From NCBI RefSeq assembly GCF_039654945.1, contig NW_027361882.1, positions 1,736,001 to 1,800,000 on the forward strand: a stretch of 64,000 bases of DNA, written 5' to 3'. The notes beneath the pieces were generated by a model. That model had not been told where the DNA came from and made no database searches. It saw only the letters and a program-made list of their open reading frames with translations. Numbering within the stretch: position 1 is the first letter of the stretch; the number at the start of each line of letters is the position of its first letter. Source of the DNA: Dendrobates tinctorius. Its lineage: Eukaryota. Position numbers and translations under genes: made by a program. Below, piece after piece: positions 26,737-39,347 of this stretch.

Positions 26737-28411
26737 TCCTCTATATAAACGCCTTATCATGTCTCTCTGTAACTGAAATCGCGAGTCGCTGTTTGTAACG
26801 GTAAGCTGCGCCTGCCGCTGATTGGTCGCGGCCATCAGGCCGTGACCAATCAGCGGGACCACGCATACCAGGAAAGGGGGGAGGGTGACCATATATACCA
26901 GCAAAGTGGGGTGAGGGGGACCATGCATACCAGCAAAGGGAGGTGAGGGGGACCATGCATACCAGCAATGGGGGGGTGAGGGGGACCATGCATACCTGGA
27001 AAGGGGGGTCAAGGTGACCATGCATACCACCAATGGGGGGTGAGGGGGACCATGCATACCAGCAATGGGGGGAGGGTGACCATATATACCAGCAAAGGGG
27101 GGTGAGGGGGACCATGCATACCAGCAATGGGGAGGTGAGGGGGACCATGCATACCAGCAATGGGGGGGTGAGGGGGACCATGCATACCAGCAATGGGGGG
27201 GGGAGGGAGGGGGACCATGCATACCAGCAAAGGGGGGTGAGGGGGACCATGCATACCAGCAATGGGGAGGTGAGGGGGACCATGCATACCAGCAATGGGG
27301 GGGTGAGGGGGACCATGCATACCAGCAATGGGGGGGGGGAGGGAGGGGGACCATGCATACCAGGAAAGGGGGGTGAGGGTGACCATGCATACCACCAATG
27401 GGGGGGAGGGGGAGCATGCATACCAGCAATGGGGGGGAGGGGGACCATGCATACCAGCAATGGGGGGAGGGGGACCATGCATACCAGGAAAGGGGGGTGA
27501 GGGTGACCATGCATACCACCAATGGGGGGGTGAGGGGACCATGCATACCAGCAATGGGGGGGAGGGGGACCATGCATACCAGCAATGGGAGGAGGGGGAC
27601 CATGCATACCAGCAATGGGGAGAGGGGGACCATGCATACCAGCAATGGGGGGAGGGATACCAGCGATGGGGGGAGGGGTACCATGCATACCAGCAATGGG
27701 GGGAGGGGGACCATGCATACCAGGAAAGGGGGGTGAGGGTGACCATGCATACCACCAATGGGGGGGTGAGGGGACCATGCATACCAGCAATGGGGGGAGG
27801 GGGACCATGCATACCAGCAATGGGGAGGGGGACCATGCATACCAGCAATGGGGGGAGGGGGACCATGGATACCAGCGATGAGGGGAGGGGTACCATGCAT
27901 ACCAGCAATGGGGGGAGGGGGACCATGCATACCAGGAAAGGGGGGTGAGGGTGACCATGCATATCAGCAAAGGGGGTGAGAGGGACAATGCATACCATCA
28001 ATGGGGGATGAAGGGGACCATGCATACCAGGAAAAGGGGGTGAGGGTGACCATGCATACCAGGAAAGGGGGGTGACGGGACCATGCATACCAGGAAAGGG
28101 GGGTGAGGGGGCCATGCATACCAGGAATGAGGGGTGCCGGGACCATGCATACCAGGAAAGGGGGGTGGAGGGACCATGCATTCCAGGATTGGGGGGTGAG
28201 GGGTACCATGCATATCAGGATTGGGGGGGTGAGAGGACCATGCATACCACGAAAGGGGGGTGACGGGACCATGCATACAAGGAAAGGGGGGTGAGGGGAC
28301 CATGCATATCAGGATTGGGGGGTACATTATTGCATTATTATTAAAACTTCATAAATAAACTACATACATATTCTAGAATACCCGATGCATTAGAATCGGG
28401 CCACCATCTAG
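26737..28411 (+). mobile_element. Non-autonomous Helitron-like element with a G-rich internal minisatellite
   Basis: A|TC start (TCCTCTATATAAAC), 3' hairpin CCCGATgcattagaATCGGG (28381-28400), then CTAG|T end. No terminal inverted repeats. Confidence 0.8.
26855..28322. repeat. ~30-34-bp G-rich minisatellite
   Basis: Unit GGGGGACCATGCATACCAGCAATGGGGGG(T/-)GA with variable G-runs. Confidence 0.93.
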
Positions 28412-29166
28412 TCCTCTATAATGTAGCGCAGGAAGGATATAACTATATACAGTATATTATGTAGAATTCTCGTATGATTTGACTTTTATAATAAAATGTC
28501 TAAATATAACAAAACAGAAATGAGCAATCAGACAGTAAACTGTATAAAACCTTAGACATTAATCAGTCGCAGACGTCGTACATTACAGGAGAACAGGTCG
28601 CTAAGGCGTGGATCAATATTCAGCATCACCATCACTCATACACAGCTGGATGCATTGCAGGAGCATTGTCATCCATGAGTTATAACTTTCCTGTCTCAGC
28701 TGCGGTACAGGGGCCACTCATCCTCAGCAGAGGGGGCAAAGTCAGAATTGCGTGGCATGTACGCCTAAAATACAGAATATCACTGTTAATAGCGAAACTT
28801 TAGTTATCTTTTTTGAGACGTTTGTTATCAATTTTGCCCTTCTGCTTCATTATTAGTTTTGCTTCGAGGACTGTTTGGTGACAGTCAGCATGGCCGTTTC
28901 CAGGAGCTGTCACCAAGGTTTATTCTCTTTTCTATCAGGATTTTTAAAGCATTTCCTGTATTCTCTAGCTATATAACTTGGGTTGATGTTTTGTCTGGGA
29001 TAGCAAACTGAGAACCTATGAAAGCAATGAGGGGCCTATTGTGGTTGTCACAAAAGTAGAAGGAAAGAAGAAATGTAATTATTTGATTAAGCTGCACCTG
29101 TAGACAAGGAGAAAGTTTTTTTGATGAGAGGCAGGAGGCACATATAGCATTACACAGGGTTACTGT

Positions 29167-30270
29167 TTCGATCATAGCTGTGATGCTCTGTGTGTCCTGA
29201 TACTTTTCTATTATAGCTGTGATGCTCTGTGTGTCCTGATACTTTTCTATCATAGCTGTGATGCTCTGCAAGTACTAACACCTTTCGATCATAGCTGTGA
29301 TGCTCTGTGTGTCCTGATACTTTTCTATCATAGCTGTGATGCTCTGCAAGTACTGACACCTTTCGATCATAGCTGCAATGCTCTGTGTGTCCTGACACCT
29401 TTCTATCATAGCTGTGATGCTCTGTGTATCCCTGACACCTTTCTATCATAGCTGTGATGCTGTGGGTCCTGAGTCCTTACTATCATAGCTGCGATGCTGT
29501 GGGTCCTGAGACCTTTCTATCATAGCTGCGATGCACTGTGTCCTGACACTTTTTATCATAGCAGTAATGCTCTGTGTGTCCTGACACCTTTCTATCATAG
29601 CTGTGATGCTCTGCGTGTACTGATACCTTTATATCATTGCTGCGATGCTATGGGTCCTGTTTGCTTTCTATCATAGCTGCAATGCTCTGTGTGTCCTGAC
29701 ACCTTTCTGTCATAGCTGTGATGCTCTGTGTGTCTTGACTCATTTCTATCATAGCTGTGATGCTCTGCAAGTACTGACACCTTTCTATCGTAGCTGTAAT
29801 GCTCTGTGTGTCCTGACACCTTTCTAGCATAGTTGTGATGTTCTGGGTATCCCTGACACCTTTCTATCATAGCTGCGATGCTGTGGGTCCTGAGACCTTT
29901 CTATCATAGCTGTGATGCACTGTGTCCTGACACTTTTTATCATAGCAGTAATGCTCTGTGTGTCCTGATACCTTTCTATCATAGCTGTGATGCTCTGCGT
30001 GCCCTGATACCTTTATATCATAGCTGCAATTGCTCTGTGTGTCCTGACACCTTTCTGTCAGTCCTGTGATGCTCTGTGTGTCTTGACTCATTTCTATCAT
30101 AGCTGTGATGCTCTGCGTGTTCTGACACCTTTCTATCATAGCTGTGATGCTCTGTGTCCTGATACTTTCTATCATAGCTGTGATGTTCTGTGTGTCCTGA
30201 CACTTTCTATCATACCAGTGGTGCTCTGTATCTCCTGACACTTTTCAATTATAGCCGCGATGCTCTGTGT
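29167..30270. repeat. 39-bp minisatellite (~28 units)
   Basis: Unit CTATCATAGCTGTGATGCTCTGTGTGTCCTGACACCTTT. Confidence 0.93.
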
Positions 30271-30279
30271 GCCCAACAT

Positions 30280-30700
30280 AAGGAACACCCCACAAGAATT
30301 GTAGTCTACTGGAAACGCCCAGCAAAATCTGCCATATACTGGAAACTCCCCACAACACCCACCATTTGTCAATAACACCTCATAAAACCTACCATATAAT
30401 GAGAACACCTCACAACACCCACCATATGTCAGTAGCACCCCACAAAACCTACCGTATACTGGGAGAACCCCTCAAGACCAGTCATATACTGGTAGCACAC
30501 CACGGGGCCTGCCATATACTGGGAAAACCCCATAGGGCCTGCCATATACTGGGAATACCCCACAAGACCTGTCATATACTGGTAGCACACCACGGGGCCT
30601 GCCATATACTGGGAGCACCCTACAAGACCTTCTGTATACAGAAAACATCCCATAAGTCCTAACATATAATTGGTACCACCCACAAGACCTGACATTTTGG
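30280..30700. repeat. Degenerate 30-bp minisatellite
   Basis: Recurring GCCATATACTGGGAAAACCCCACAAGACCT-like units, directly abutting the 39-bp array. Confidence 0.8.
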
Positions 30701-32667
30701 CAGTACTTTCACCTGTCTTCTAATCATCACAGTTTGGCTCGGATCCCTTTGCTTCTCCGTGTTCCTGGTTCCCACCCATCAGCCTCATTACTGACTATCA
30801 CTTGCTCTCTTACATACCCCCCTCCTCTACAGATGCCATTATCAGTGTAATCTCTTCACCTGTCCATGGTGATACCGTTATGGCTCTATAATGGGTGCAG
30901 AATGACCTCGTACGTCGTCTTCTCTTCCTGCCCGCGGTAAATGATAGCGTTCCATGTTTTTCCCATACACGAGTGTGTTCTGTAAGTCGTTGTGATCTTT
31001 CCATGTTTAGAACTCCAACAAGTCAAGTAAACTATGAAGACGCCCGTGATCAATCCATAAGCGAGGAGTGCGTCTGTTTACGAGGTTGGGAAACAAACGA
31101 CCTTGATTCGCTCATTTGGAAGAGGCCGGGGTCGAGATAATAAAACCTGGAAATTGTGGCATTTTGATTCAGCAGCTCGGATCGATGAACAGTTCTGAAA
31201 TCTCTTTACATTTCATTCATAAAGGACATAGGAGAAACGCTCGGCTTTATAACTCCGCGCTGTCAGGGGAAAGGTTGATTCCAGGATCGATAAAACCTGT
31301 ATGTTATTGCACTCAAATTTTGACACTGCCTAAAAGGTCACACGTAGTTCCCGGGATCGCGAAACCATTAAATTGCCGTCTCTTTCCTTGGTTCTTGTGC
31401 ACATTCAGTGAGAGAAACTGAAAACATCATAATAGACAAGAAGGACGGGGGAGGAGTAGCCATGATTAAATGCAGCATGAGGCATCAGCTGTGATGAAGA
31501 ATAGATCGAAACTGCTGGTAATGTCGATGGTCTTGATGGAATTCAGGTTGAAAAATCTCAAATGTATCCTCCCTCAAGACTTCTTACATGAGGTCTTAGT
31601 GATAATCACCAACCGTAACTTATTTTGCTACCTACATATATATTGATAAAGGGTCTGCAGGAATCTACATAATAGCTGAGATGCTTTTGTAGCCTATGCA
31701 TGTTAGCGCCATATTTTTTCATCACTTATTATACTATTCTAACATGGATATCTAGGGCTTTAAGTTGCGGCGCTGGCTGAACAGAGGTAGGAGGTAATGG
31801 GGTCAGGGCTATAGAACACATATGGCATGAGCAATGTGCAGTCTGAGAAGTGTACTTTTACCATTTTTGGTGACAAAATGGGCAAGAAGCAAACGATAAT
31901 TTTGCACAAATTTACCCATTTTGTTACCGATAAACCCAGTGGTCGAGCTCGACCTAAATCCTGAATAAATTTGCCTTTAGATTAGTCACCATGCATACAC
32001 CAAAAGGACTAATATATAGATAGCGATGGAGATACTACTAGGGGTCTGGGGAACCTATGTGGTGGCCATGACCATATCCATCTATTGGCGCAAAAGACAA
32101 ATTTTCCGTGAATCCTATTTCAATCACTTAGTTCAGTTGATGTTAAGAATTAGAATTAGAGCCCGTTGACTTGAGGATGTTCTCTCCCTTCTCTCATGAC
32201 CACCGATCAGCCCATAGCCTTGAGTTCCGCTCTGGAGCCGCTTCCATGACAGCGAGAATCCGATGTAAAAATAAATTAATACAAAAAAGCAGCAAATGTT
32301 AAAAAGGAAAAATTGTGCTCTTCACTCCGCTGTCAATGAAGTGCAAACGCTCCGGTGGACTTGGTTTACTAACACGTGTTCATTGTAGCCTGTCAGCCCG
32401 AGAGTCCATACAGGATCAGCAATGGATAGAAATGGTAATTAGTGAGTTTTGCTTTTTCGTTGGTCTGTTTGTTTTACATCATTTGCTGCGGTTTTTAGAT
32501 TACATTTTTTTAGCAGTTCTGATTATGAGGCCATATCCCTTGAGAAAATGTGCTGCAGTCATACAAGTGATGAAAAAATAGCGGACTGGTGTCTTTATTT
32601 TTTTTAAATATGAAAATATTGTCATCAATAGAGATGTGATATAAATAGGAGCCTGAGCAACATTATC

Positions 32668-32711
32668 ATCCCTGATGAAGCCGCCTGTGGAACGGCGAAA
32701 CTCATGGAGAT
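32668..32711 (+). ncRNA. Minimal type I hammerhead ribozyme motif (probably decayed)
   Basis: CTGATGA (32672-32678), A, stem II GCCG/CGGC, then GAAAC. Stem III and the cleavage triplet are degenerate (CTCATG instead of a palindromic CGCGT-H). Confidence 0.55.
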
Positions 32712-32835
32712 TTAGCCTTTGGGACTTTCCCATGGGTGGCCCTTGATATTTTTATTGTGTGTAGCAGTGATCGGAGGGTGCAGCAGAATGCTAATGACAT
32801 TTTGGGAGTATTTGGCAACGGGCTAGGAGATAAAA

Positions 32836-33500
32836 TCCAACTTTACCACATCTACAATCCAGATCTAAGCTAGTCCCAGGAAGAAGCCAACGGGCGAAAC
32901 CTATGATCTGGTAGAAACTGCTGTGTCGCATGTTTGAAATACTTTTTATGTGTTGTGAGAATTCTAATGGAATTTTGGGATTATTTGTCCTCTGCCCTGG
33001 CCGGCCAGAGGTAGCAGACTTGGAGGTAATAGGGTCAGAGCTACGAAACTTACATGGTAATTAGTCTGGGAAAAGTCAGTCAAAATCAGTCGTCAGTTTT
33101 TCTCCCAAAATTGCTACGTGAATGCAGTTCATGGATTTTAATAGTAATTGGGGTGCGTTTTCTGATGTTCTTTCTATATGGGATTTCCTCTTTAAAGAAG
33201 ACCTGCTACTTGCTCAAACTGATATATTTGAAATGCCGTTGTCCTCCTGAATCTGTCGTAGTTTTTCTTTCCATCCTTCCCCTGAGATGCGGCCTCCACT
33301 TCTGTGAATATAGATGTTTTAGCTAACTGAGTGTGATCGTGAAAAAGATGTCCAAAGAGAAGACCGATAAAATGGAGCTTTACCGCATCAGTGATCTTTA
33401 GAGTAGAACGCAAGCTTGTCCCGGGAAGAAGCCAACAGGCGAAACACAAGGTCGGGTAGAAGCTGCCGTGTTGCATTTTTGATGGACCTTTCATGTATTG
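32836..33500 (+). mobile_element. Pair of degenerate ~130-bp direct repeats with hammerhead-like cores (Penelope-like or retrozyme remnant)
   Basis: 32836-32960 and 33373-33500 align (CTTTACC.CATC...AAGCT.GTCCC.GGAAGAAGCCAAC.GGCGAAAC...GGTAGAA.CTGC.GTGT.GCAT.TTTGA). Both have stem II GCC/GGC plus GAAAC; the second ends GTC-GGG. Confidence 0.55.
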
Positions 33501-34622
33501 TTAAGTCATTTATTCTTGTTAGAGTCATTGATAAAAAAAAAAACAATTGTAAGCCGACTGTCTGGGTGTCCTGTAAGGGAAACTTGTGAGCGTGTTGTTG
33601 GCGGGTATCCCTTGTGAGTTCGGTGGTCTCGGCAGGATGGAGAGCGAGGCTTCTGGATGATGCTGTCACATTTCATCTCTTTATATTGTGGACCACTTCA
33701 TTGAACATTGGCATGCTCAGTTCTCTCTGGTGGCCTTGCAGTAGAAAGAATGCTCAGATATATAATTACAGACCATAAAAAAAACTGTTGTAAACCACGC
33801 CCACTTGGCTAAAAATATTAGATTTCTGCACGGGGAAAAGGTGCCATATCTTGAGAACGGACAAGAGCTGAAAAATGTCGCCAGATTCAGGAGAAAACGA
33901 CATTTGCAGAAAGTAAAAAAAAAAAACAAAACATGTTTCCCCAATATTTGTAATGAAACCTGATGCGCTCAGTTCCCTGCCACATCGGACCCCCGACTGA
34001 GTGCGTGCCCACTACAAATGGACCGTCATCATTCCGCCCAGGGGCAGTAAAGCCCCCGATGGCCACGACAGTGCTGAGAAGTAAATGGCCCTGTGTCCTG
34101 ATGACGGCGCTGATCGGGGGATCGGCTCCGGAAACATTGATTTTTTTTTTTCCGTAAAATGATCTTTTTGATGAAGTTTTTTCAGTCGCTAATGATCTGG
34201 ACCGGACACATTGACGTGTCCAGTTTGGGTGAAGCCGGTGTCTAATCCTGCGGCCTCAATAACGGAAGCGCAGGTTCTGCCACCAGGAGATTTATTGCAT
34301 CTCTTAATTCCATGGAGTTGCATATTTATTATTGGTGGGTGAAATAAAATCAGCGGTGGAGAGCCGGATTCCGGGTCAGATTTACTGCGCCTGTAAATTC
34401 CACCGTCCCGCGACGGAGTAAATTCTCAGTATTTTATGAGAAGTTGTGGGGTCTGCGAGAAGGATTGCAGATGTCGGTGCTTATCACGCCGAGAATAGAT
34501 GATGTAACGACTCGCGTATTCGATACTGTGCTAACAATCTCACCTAGAGGGTTATCAGTCAGGAACATTCTCTGCTGCTGGGAAATCTGTTACATTGTTG
34601 CCCACTGGAGACCAGCTGGGAA

Positions 34623-35175
34623 GAGTCCAGGAGGAGGGACCATGACTGAGGGAGTCCAGGAGGAGGGACCATGACTGAGGGAGTCCAGGAGGAGGGACCA
34701 TGACTGAGGGAGTCCAGGAGGAGGGACCATGACTGAGGGAGTCCAGGAGGAGGGACCATGACTGAGGGAGTCCAGGAGGAGGGACCATGACTGAGGGAGT
34801 GAAGGAGGAGGGACCATGACTGAGGGAGTCCAGGAGGAGGGACCATGACTGAGGGAGTCCAGGAGGAGGGACCATGACTGAGGGAGTCCAGGAGGAGGGA
34901 CCATGACTGAGGGAGTCCAGGAGGAGGGACCATGACTGAGGGAGTCCAGGAGGAGGGACCATGACTGAGGGAGTCCAGGGGGAGGGCCATGACTGATGGA
35001 GTCCAGGGGGAGGGCCATGACTGAGGGGGTCCAGTGGGATGGGCCATGACTGGGGGAGTCCAGGGGGAGGGCCATGACTGGGGGAGTCCAGGGGGAGGGC
35101 CATGACTGGGGGAGAGCCATGACTGGGGGGGGGGGTCCAGGAGGATGGGCCATGACTGGGCGCATCCAGGGGGAG
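34623..35175. repeat. 29-bp minisatellite decaying into 26-bp variants
   Basis: Unit GGAGTCCAGGAGGAGGGACCATGACTGAG. Confidence 0.93.
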
Positions 35176-35425
35176 GTAACATGACTCTTCTCTTTTGAAT
35201 GATGGCCCAATAAGTCACTGGTTGTGTAGGAGAGAGAATTATGTGACTTCTGTGCATCCGGCGTCCAGAGCTTCGTGCAGCTTCAATTCTGTTTGATGTC
35301 ATTGGAAAAAGTCAGTAACATTCTATGTACACAAATAATAGCTCAGCTGAGAAGATGACTGCACAGAGCAGAAATAACCAAAGAAATATGCACTCACTAC
35401 TGGGATGTTTCAGCTCTAAAGCCTA

Positions 35426-36407
35426 CAGAATAGTGAGTGCAGCTCTGGAGTATAATACAGGAGGTAACTCAGGATCAGTAATGTAATGTATGTACACAGT
35501 GACTGCACCAGCAGAATAGTGAGTGCAGCTCTGGGGTATAATACAGGATGTAACTCAGGATCAGTAATGTAATGTATGTACACAGTGACTGCACCAGCAG
35601 AATAGTGAGTGCAGCTCTGGAGTATAATACAGGAGGTAACTCAGGATCAGTAATGTAATGTATGTATACAGTGACTGCACCAGCAGAATAGTGAGTGCAG
35701 CTCTGGGGTATAATACAGGATGTAACTCAGGATCAGTAATGTAATGTATGTACACAGTGACTGCACCAGCAGAATAGTGAGTGCAGCTCTGGGGTATAAT
35801 ACAGGATGTAACTCAGGATCAGTAGTGTAATGTATGTACACAGTGACTGCACCAGCAGAATAGTGAGTGCAGCTCTGGGGTATAATACAGGAGGTAACTC
35901 CGGATCAGTAGTGTAATATATGTACACAGTGACTGCACCAGCAGAATAGTGAGTGCAGCTCTGGAGTATAATACAGGAGGTAACTCAGGATCAGTAATGT
36001 AATGTATGTACACAGTGACTGCACCAGCAGAATAGTGAGTGCAGCTCTGGGGTATAATACAGGATGTAACTCAGGATCAGTAGTGTAATATATGTACACA
36101 GTGACTGCACCAGCAGAATAGTGAGTGCAGCTCTGGGGTATAATACAGGAGGTAACTCAGGATCAGTAGTGTAATATATGTACACAGTGACTGCACCAGC
36201 AGAATAGTGAGTGCAGCTCTGGAGTATAATACAGGAGGTAACTCAGGATCAGTAATGTAATGTATGTACACAGTGACTGCACCAGCAGAATAGTGAGTGC
36301 AGCTCTGCAGTATAATACAGGATGTAACTCAGGATCAGTAATGTAATGTATGTACAAGGTGACTGCACCAGCAGAATAGTGAGTGCAGCTCTGGAGTATA
36401 ATACAGG
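35426..36407. repeat. 86-bp satellite (~11.4 units)
   Basis: Unit CAGAATAGTGAGTGCAGCTCTGGAGTATAATACAGGAGGTAACTCAGGATCAGTAATGTAATGTATGTACACAGTGACTGCACCAG. ORF track offsets are exactly 86. Confidence 0.95.
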
Positions 36408-37421
36408 CTTCGCTTCTTCGTTTTATCAGTGTTCTGTAACATCGCTTCTTGGAGCCATTTTCTACATCTCTTGAATTGCATCCAATAAAAGTCTCACATT
36501 GCTTCCTCCTATAATGCAGCGATTTGTTGATGTTACTCCTTATCAGGACAGTGGGGGAATCGCCCGTTTTCCTGCTTCGCACCTTTCCTCCCTAGTCATT
36601 GATTATCTGGATCTCTGCTCGATACCTGTGATTCCTTCTCTTTTGTTATTTTGAGTCATCCGGTTCCTCATTCTGTTACTTTTCTATCACATGACTGATG
36701 ACGGCTCCATGAGCGACTGCTGGATCCATCGAGCAGTATTAATTAACTCTTAATGGTCAATAATATGGATTGACTCCATGACCCGCCATCTGCTCTGCCC
36801 ACCGACTTGCACAGAGTCTTCTGCTCGTTATTGGATTTCATTATCACTTAATTCCAATTGTAATTCTGAAAAACCTGTAGAAAGTGAGAAAAGCTGCAGA
36901 ATGAGGCCAGAAAAATAATTTATATTTTTTATCAACCGTGGAAGTGTTTATTACGGTGGAAAAACAGGAATCCGTACATTATTTCAGAACCTGAAATTTG
37001 AACTTTTTTGTTGGTTCTTTACTATTTATGCATCTTTACAGTTCCTTGTATAAGTAATCCAGCTCTAAAAGCTCATCAGAAGACCATAATTTGTACAGAT
37101 GCTGTATCCATAAAGAAATCCAGCAGAATTATAAATGCAGCTCTGGAAATCTAATGGAACCTAAATGGAATCTGTTGCTGTCGTCACCTACTGTTGTAAT
37201 GATCTGATGACTTTTAAGATTAGAAGTCCAAAAATATCATTTTATCCTTTCAGTTTGTTTTTAGTTTCCTGAATTTTTTACCAAAAAATGTCCATGCGCT
37301 CTTTTGGAACAATTCTAGATAAATGAATCCTTAAAAGTACAAAGAAACAGAGCCTATGTTATTTTTTTTTTGGTGACTTTGGACTAAAACTAATGAAATT
37401 TTTGTTGTGCTTTGTCACCAG

Positions 37422-37580
37422 GTGGATGGACGGCATGGACAATATGGGGGGATTGTAACAGAGACTGTGGAGGTGGGCTGCAAACCAGAACTAGGACGTG
37501 TCAGTCTCCCCCCAATGAAAGTCACATTTGTGAAGGTGTTCTGGAAGAAGGACGACTCTGCAACAGAAAGGCGTGTAGTG
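37422..37580 (+). CDS. ADGRB1: Internal coding exon of adhesion GPCR B1 (BAI1): first thrombospondin type-1 repeat
   Basis: Acceptor tttgtcaccag|G and donor G|gtaagt; 159 bp, phase 1-1. Encodes (G)[52 protein letters not shown], matching the BAI1 TSR1 signature [15 protein letters not shown]...[14 protein letters not shown] as I recall it. Confidence 0.92.
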
Positions 37581-37624
37581 GTAAGTGTGTACTGTATAAT
37601 GTGGGGGCCAAGGACAACTTCCCA

Positions 37625-38413
37625 TCGTCTATGGATAGGAGTTGACCGTGTCCTTCACCGTCATCTATGGAGAGGACTTGACCATGTCCTACTCCTTCGT
37701 CTATGGATAGGAGATGACTGTGTCCTACACTGTCATCTATGGAGAGGAGTTGACCGTGTCTTGCACTGTTGTCTACGGAGAGTAGTTGATTTTGTCTTAC
37801 ACTGTCATCTATGGAGAGGAGTTGACTGTGTCCTACACTGTCATCTATGGAGAGTAGTTGATTGTGTCCTACATTGTTGTCTACGGAGAGGAGTTGACCG
37901 TGTCCTACTTCTTCATCTATGGATGGCAGTTGACCGTGTCCTACACTGTCATCTATGGAGAGGAGTTGACCGTGTCCTACTCCTTCGTCTATGGATAGGA
38001 GATGACTGTGTCCTACACTGTCATCTATGGAGAGGAGTTGACTGTGTCCTACACTGTTTTCTACGGAGAGTAGTTGATTGTGTCCTACACTGTCATCTAT
38101 GGAGAGGAGTTGACCGTGTCCTACACTGTTGTCTACGGAGAGTAGTTGATTGTGTCCTACACTGTCATCTATGGTTAGGAGTTGACCGTGTCCTACACTG
38201 TTTTCTACGGAGTGAAGTTGATTGTGTCCTACACTGTCATCTATGGAGAGGAGTTGACCGTGTCCTACACTGTCGTCTATGAAGAGGAGTTGATTGTGTC
38301 TTACATGGTCGCCTATGGAGAAGAGTTGACTGTGTCCAACACCGTCATCTACAGAGAGGAATTGACATTGTCCTACACCGTCGGCTACGGAGAGGAGTTG
38401 ACTGTGTCCTACA
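37625..38413. repeat. 36-bp minisatellite (~22 units)
   Basis: Unit CTATGGAGAGGAGTTGACCGTGTCCTACACTGTCAT. Confidence 0.93.
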
Positions 38414-38750
38414 TGTACAATCATTTTGTGTCCTAGATGTATTCATTCGCTCGTAACATTTTATTACAATGTATCTTCTGTAATGGTGACATCGTGACTG
38501 GCCCTGTATGACCCCAGAATGGGTCTGATCGGAGGAGTTGTCATCTTTTACCTTCAAGGACTTCCTGACTTTGAAAGCTGAGGTTGACTTGAAAAGTTGC
38601 CATTATTATGATGATTGTTTTGTTTTTCTGGTCTACGTTACACTCAGCTGTAGCAAGCCAGTGACATTTGACAGAAGTTGATGAGTGAGTAATCTGACAA
38701 GAGAACCCAACCGACCTGGTGATCGTCATAAGACGGACTTTGATACTGAC

Positions 38751-39347
38751 TAGAGAAGAGCGAATACATTTGAGAAGAATTATATTCTACTTAAATTTTG
38801 CAAAAATTCTCATTCACCCAAATGGATTTTTTTTTGTAATTAATTTCTCTGGTGAGCCAACGAAATAGCATCTGTGGGCTGACATTCTTTTGGACCATAA
38901 AGGCCCGTCAAAATCCTTATACTCAGCTTTCCGGCCACTCCATTACTTACCACCACCTGTCCGTTCCTCACTGCATCTTCTGGTCTCTCACTACTACCCC
39001 TGGAATCTCCGCTCCTCTCAATCTGAACCGGGACTTCCAATTTTAATGGGGCCTGGCAGGGTTCTTCACATGTGTGCCGAAGCTCACAGCAGATGCCACC
39101 AATGGTGGGTGGATCAGAAGATGCAGCAAGGACTGGACAGGTGACTGTGAGGAGCAGAGGGACCGCAGAGATGAGTGGTAAGGTGAATTTTAGGTTTTAT
39201 TTTTTTACATATTATTTTTATTAGGAACTACAATATTTTATATTATTACGGTATATTCAAAGAGTACAAATTCTCCATGAATTGATTTTTTTAAGAAAAA
39301 ATGTACAAACAGGTGAGTTCGAATTTTTCCTGATCCGCTCATCTCTA
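38751..39347. mobile_element. hAT-type MITE (old)
   Basis: Termini TAGAGAAGAGCG...CGCTCATCTCTA with 8-bp flanks ATACTGAC / ACACTGGC (6 of 8 match). Confidence 0.72.

Noticed and set aside
26713-28327. Proline-rich/formin FH1-like ORFs
   Set aside because: Open in several frames on both strands because the G/C-run minisatellite lacks stop codons.
37407-38424. 291-aa and 300-aa ORFs overlapping the exon
   Set aside because: Off-frame or antisense read-through into the 36-bp array. The real coding part is 37422-37580.
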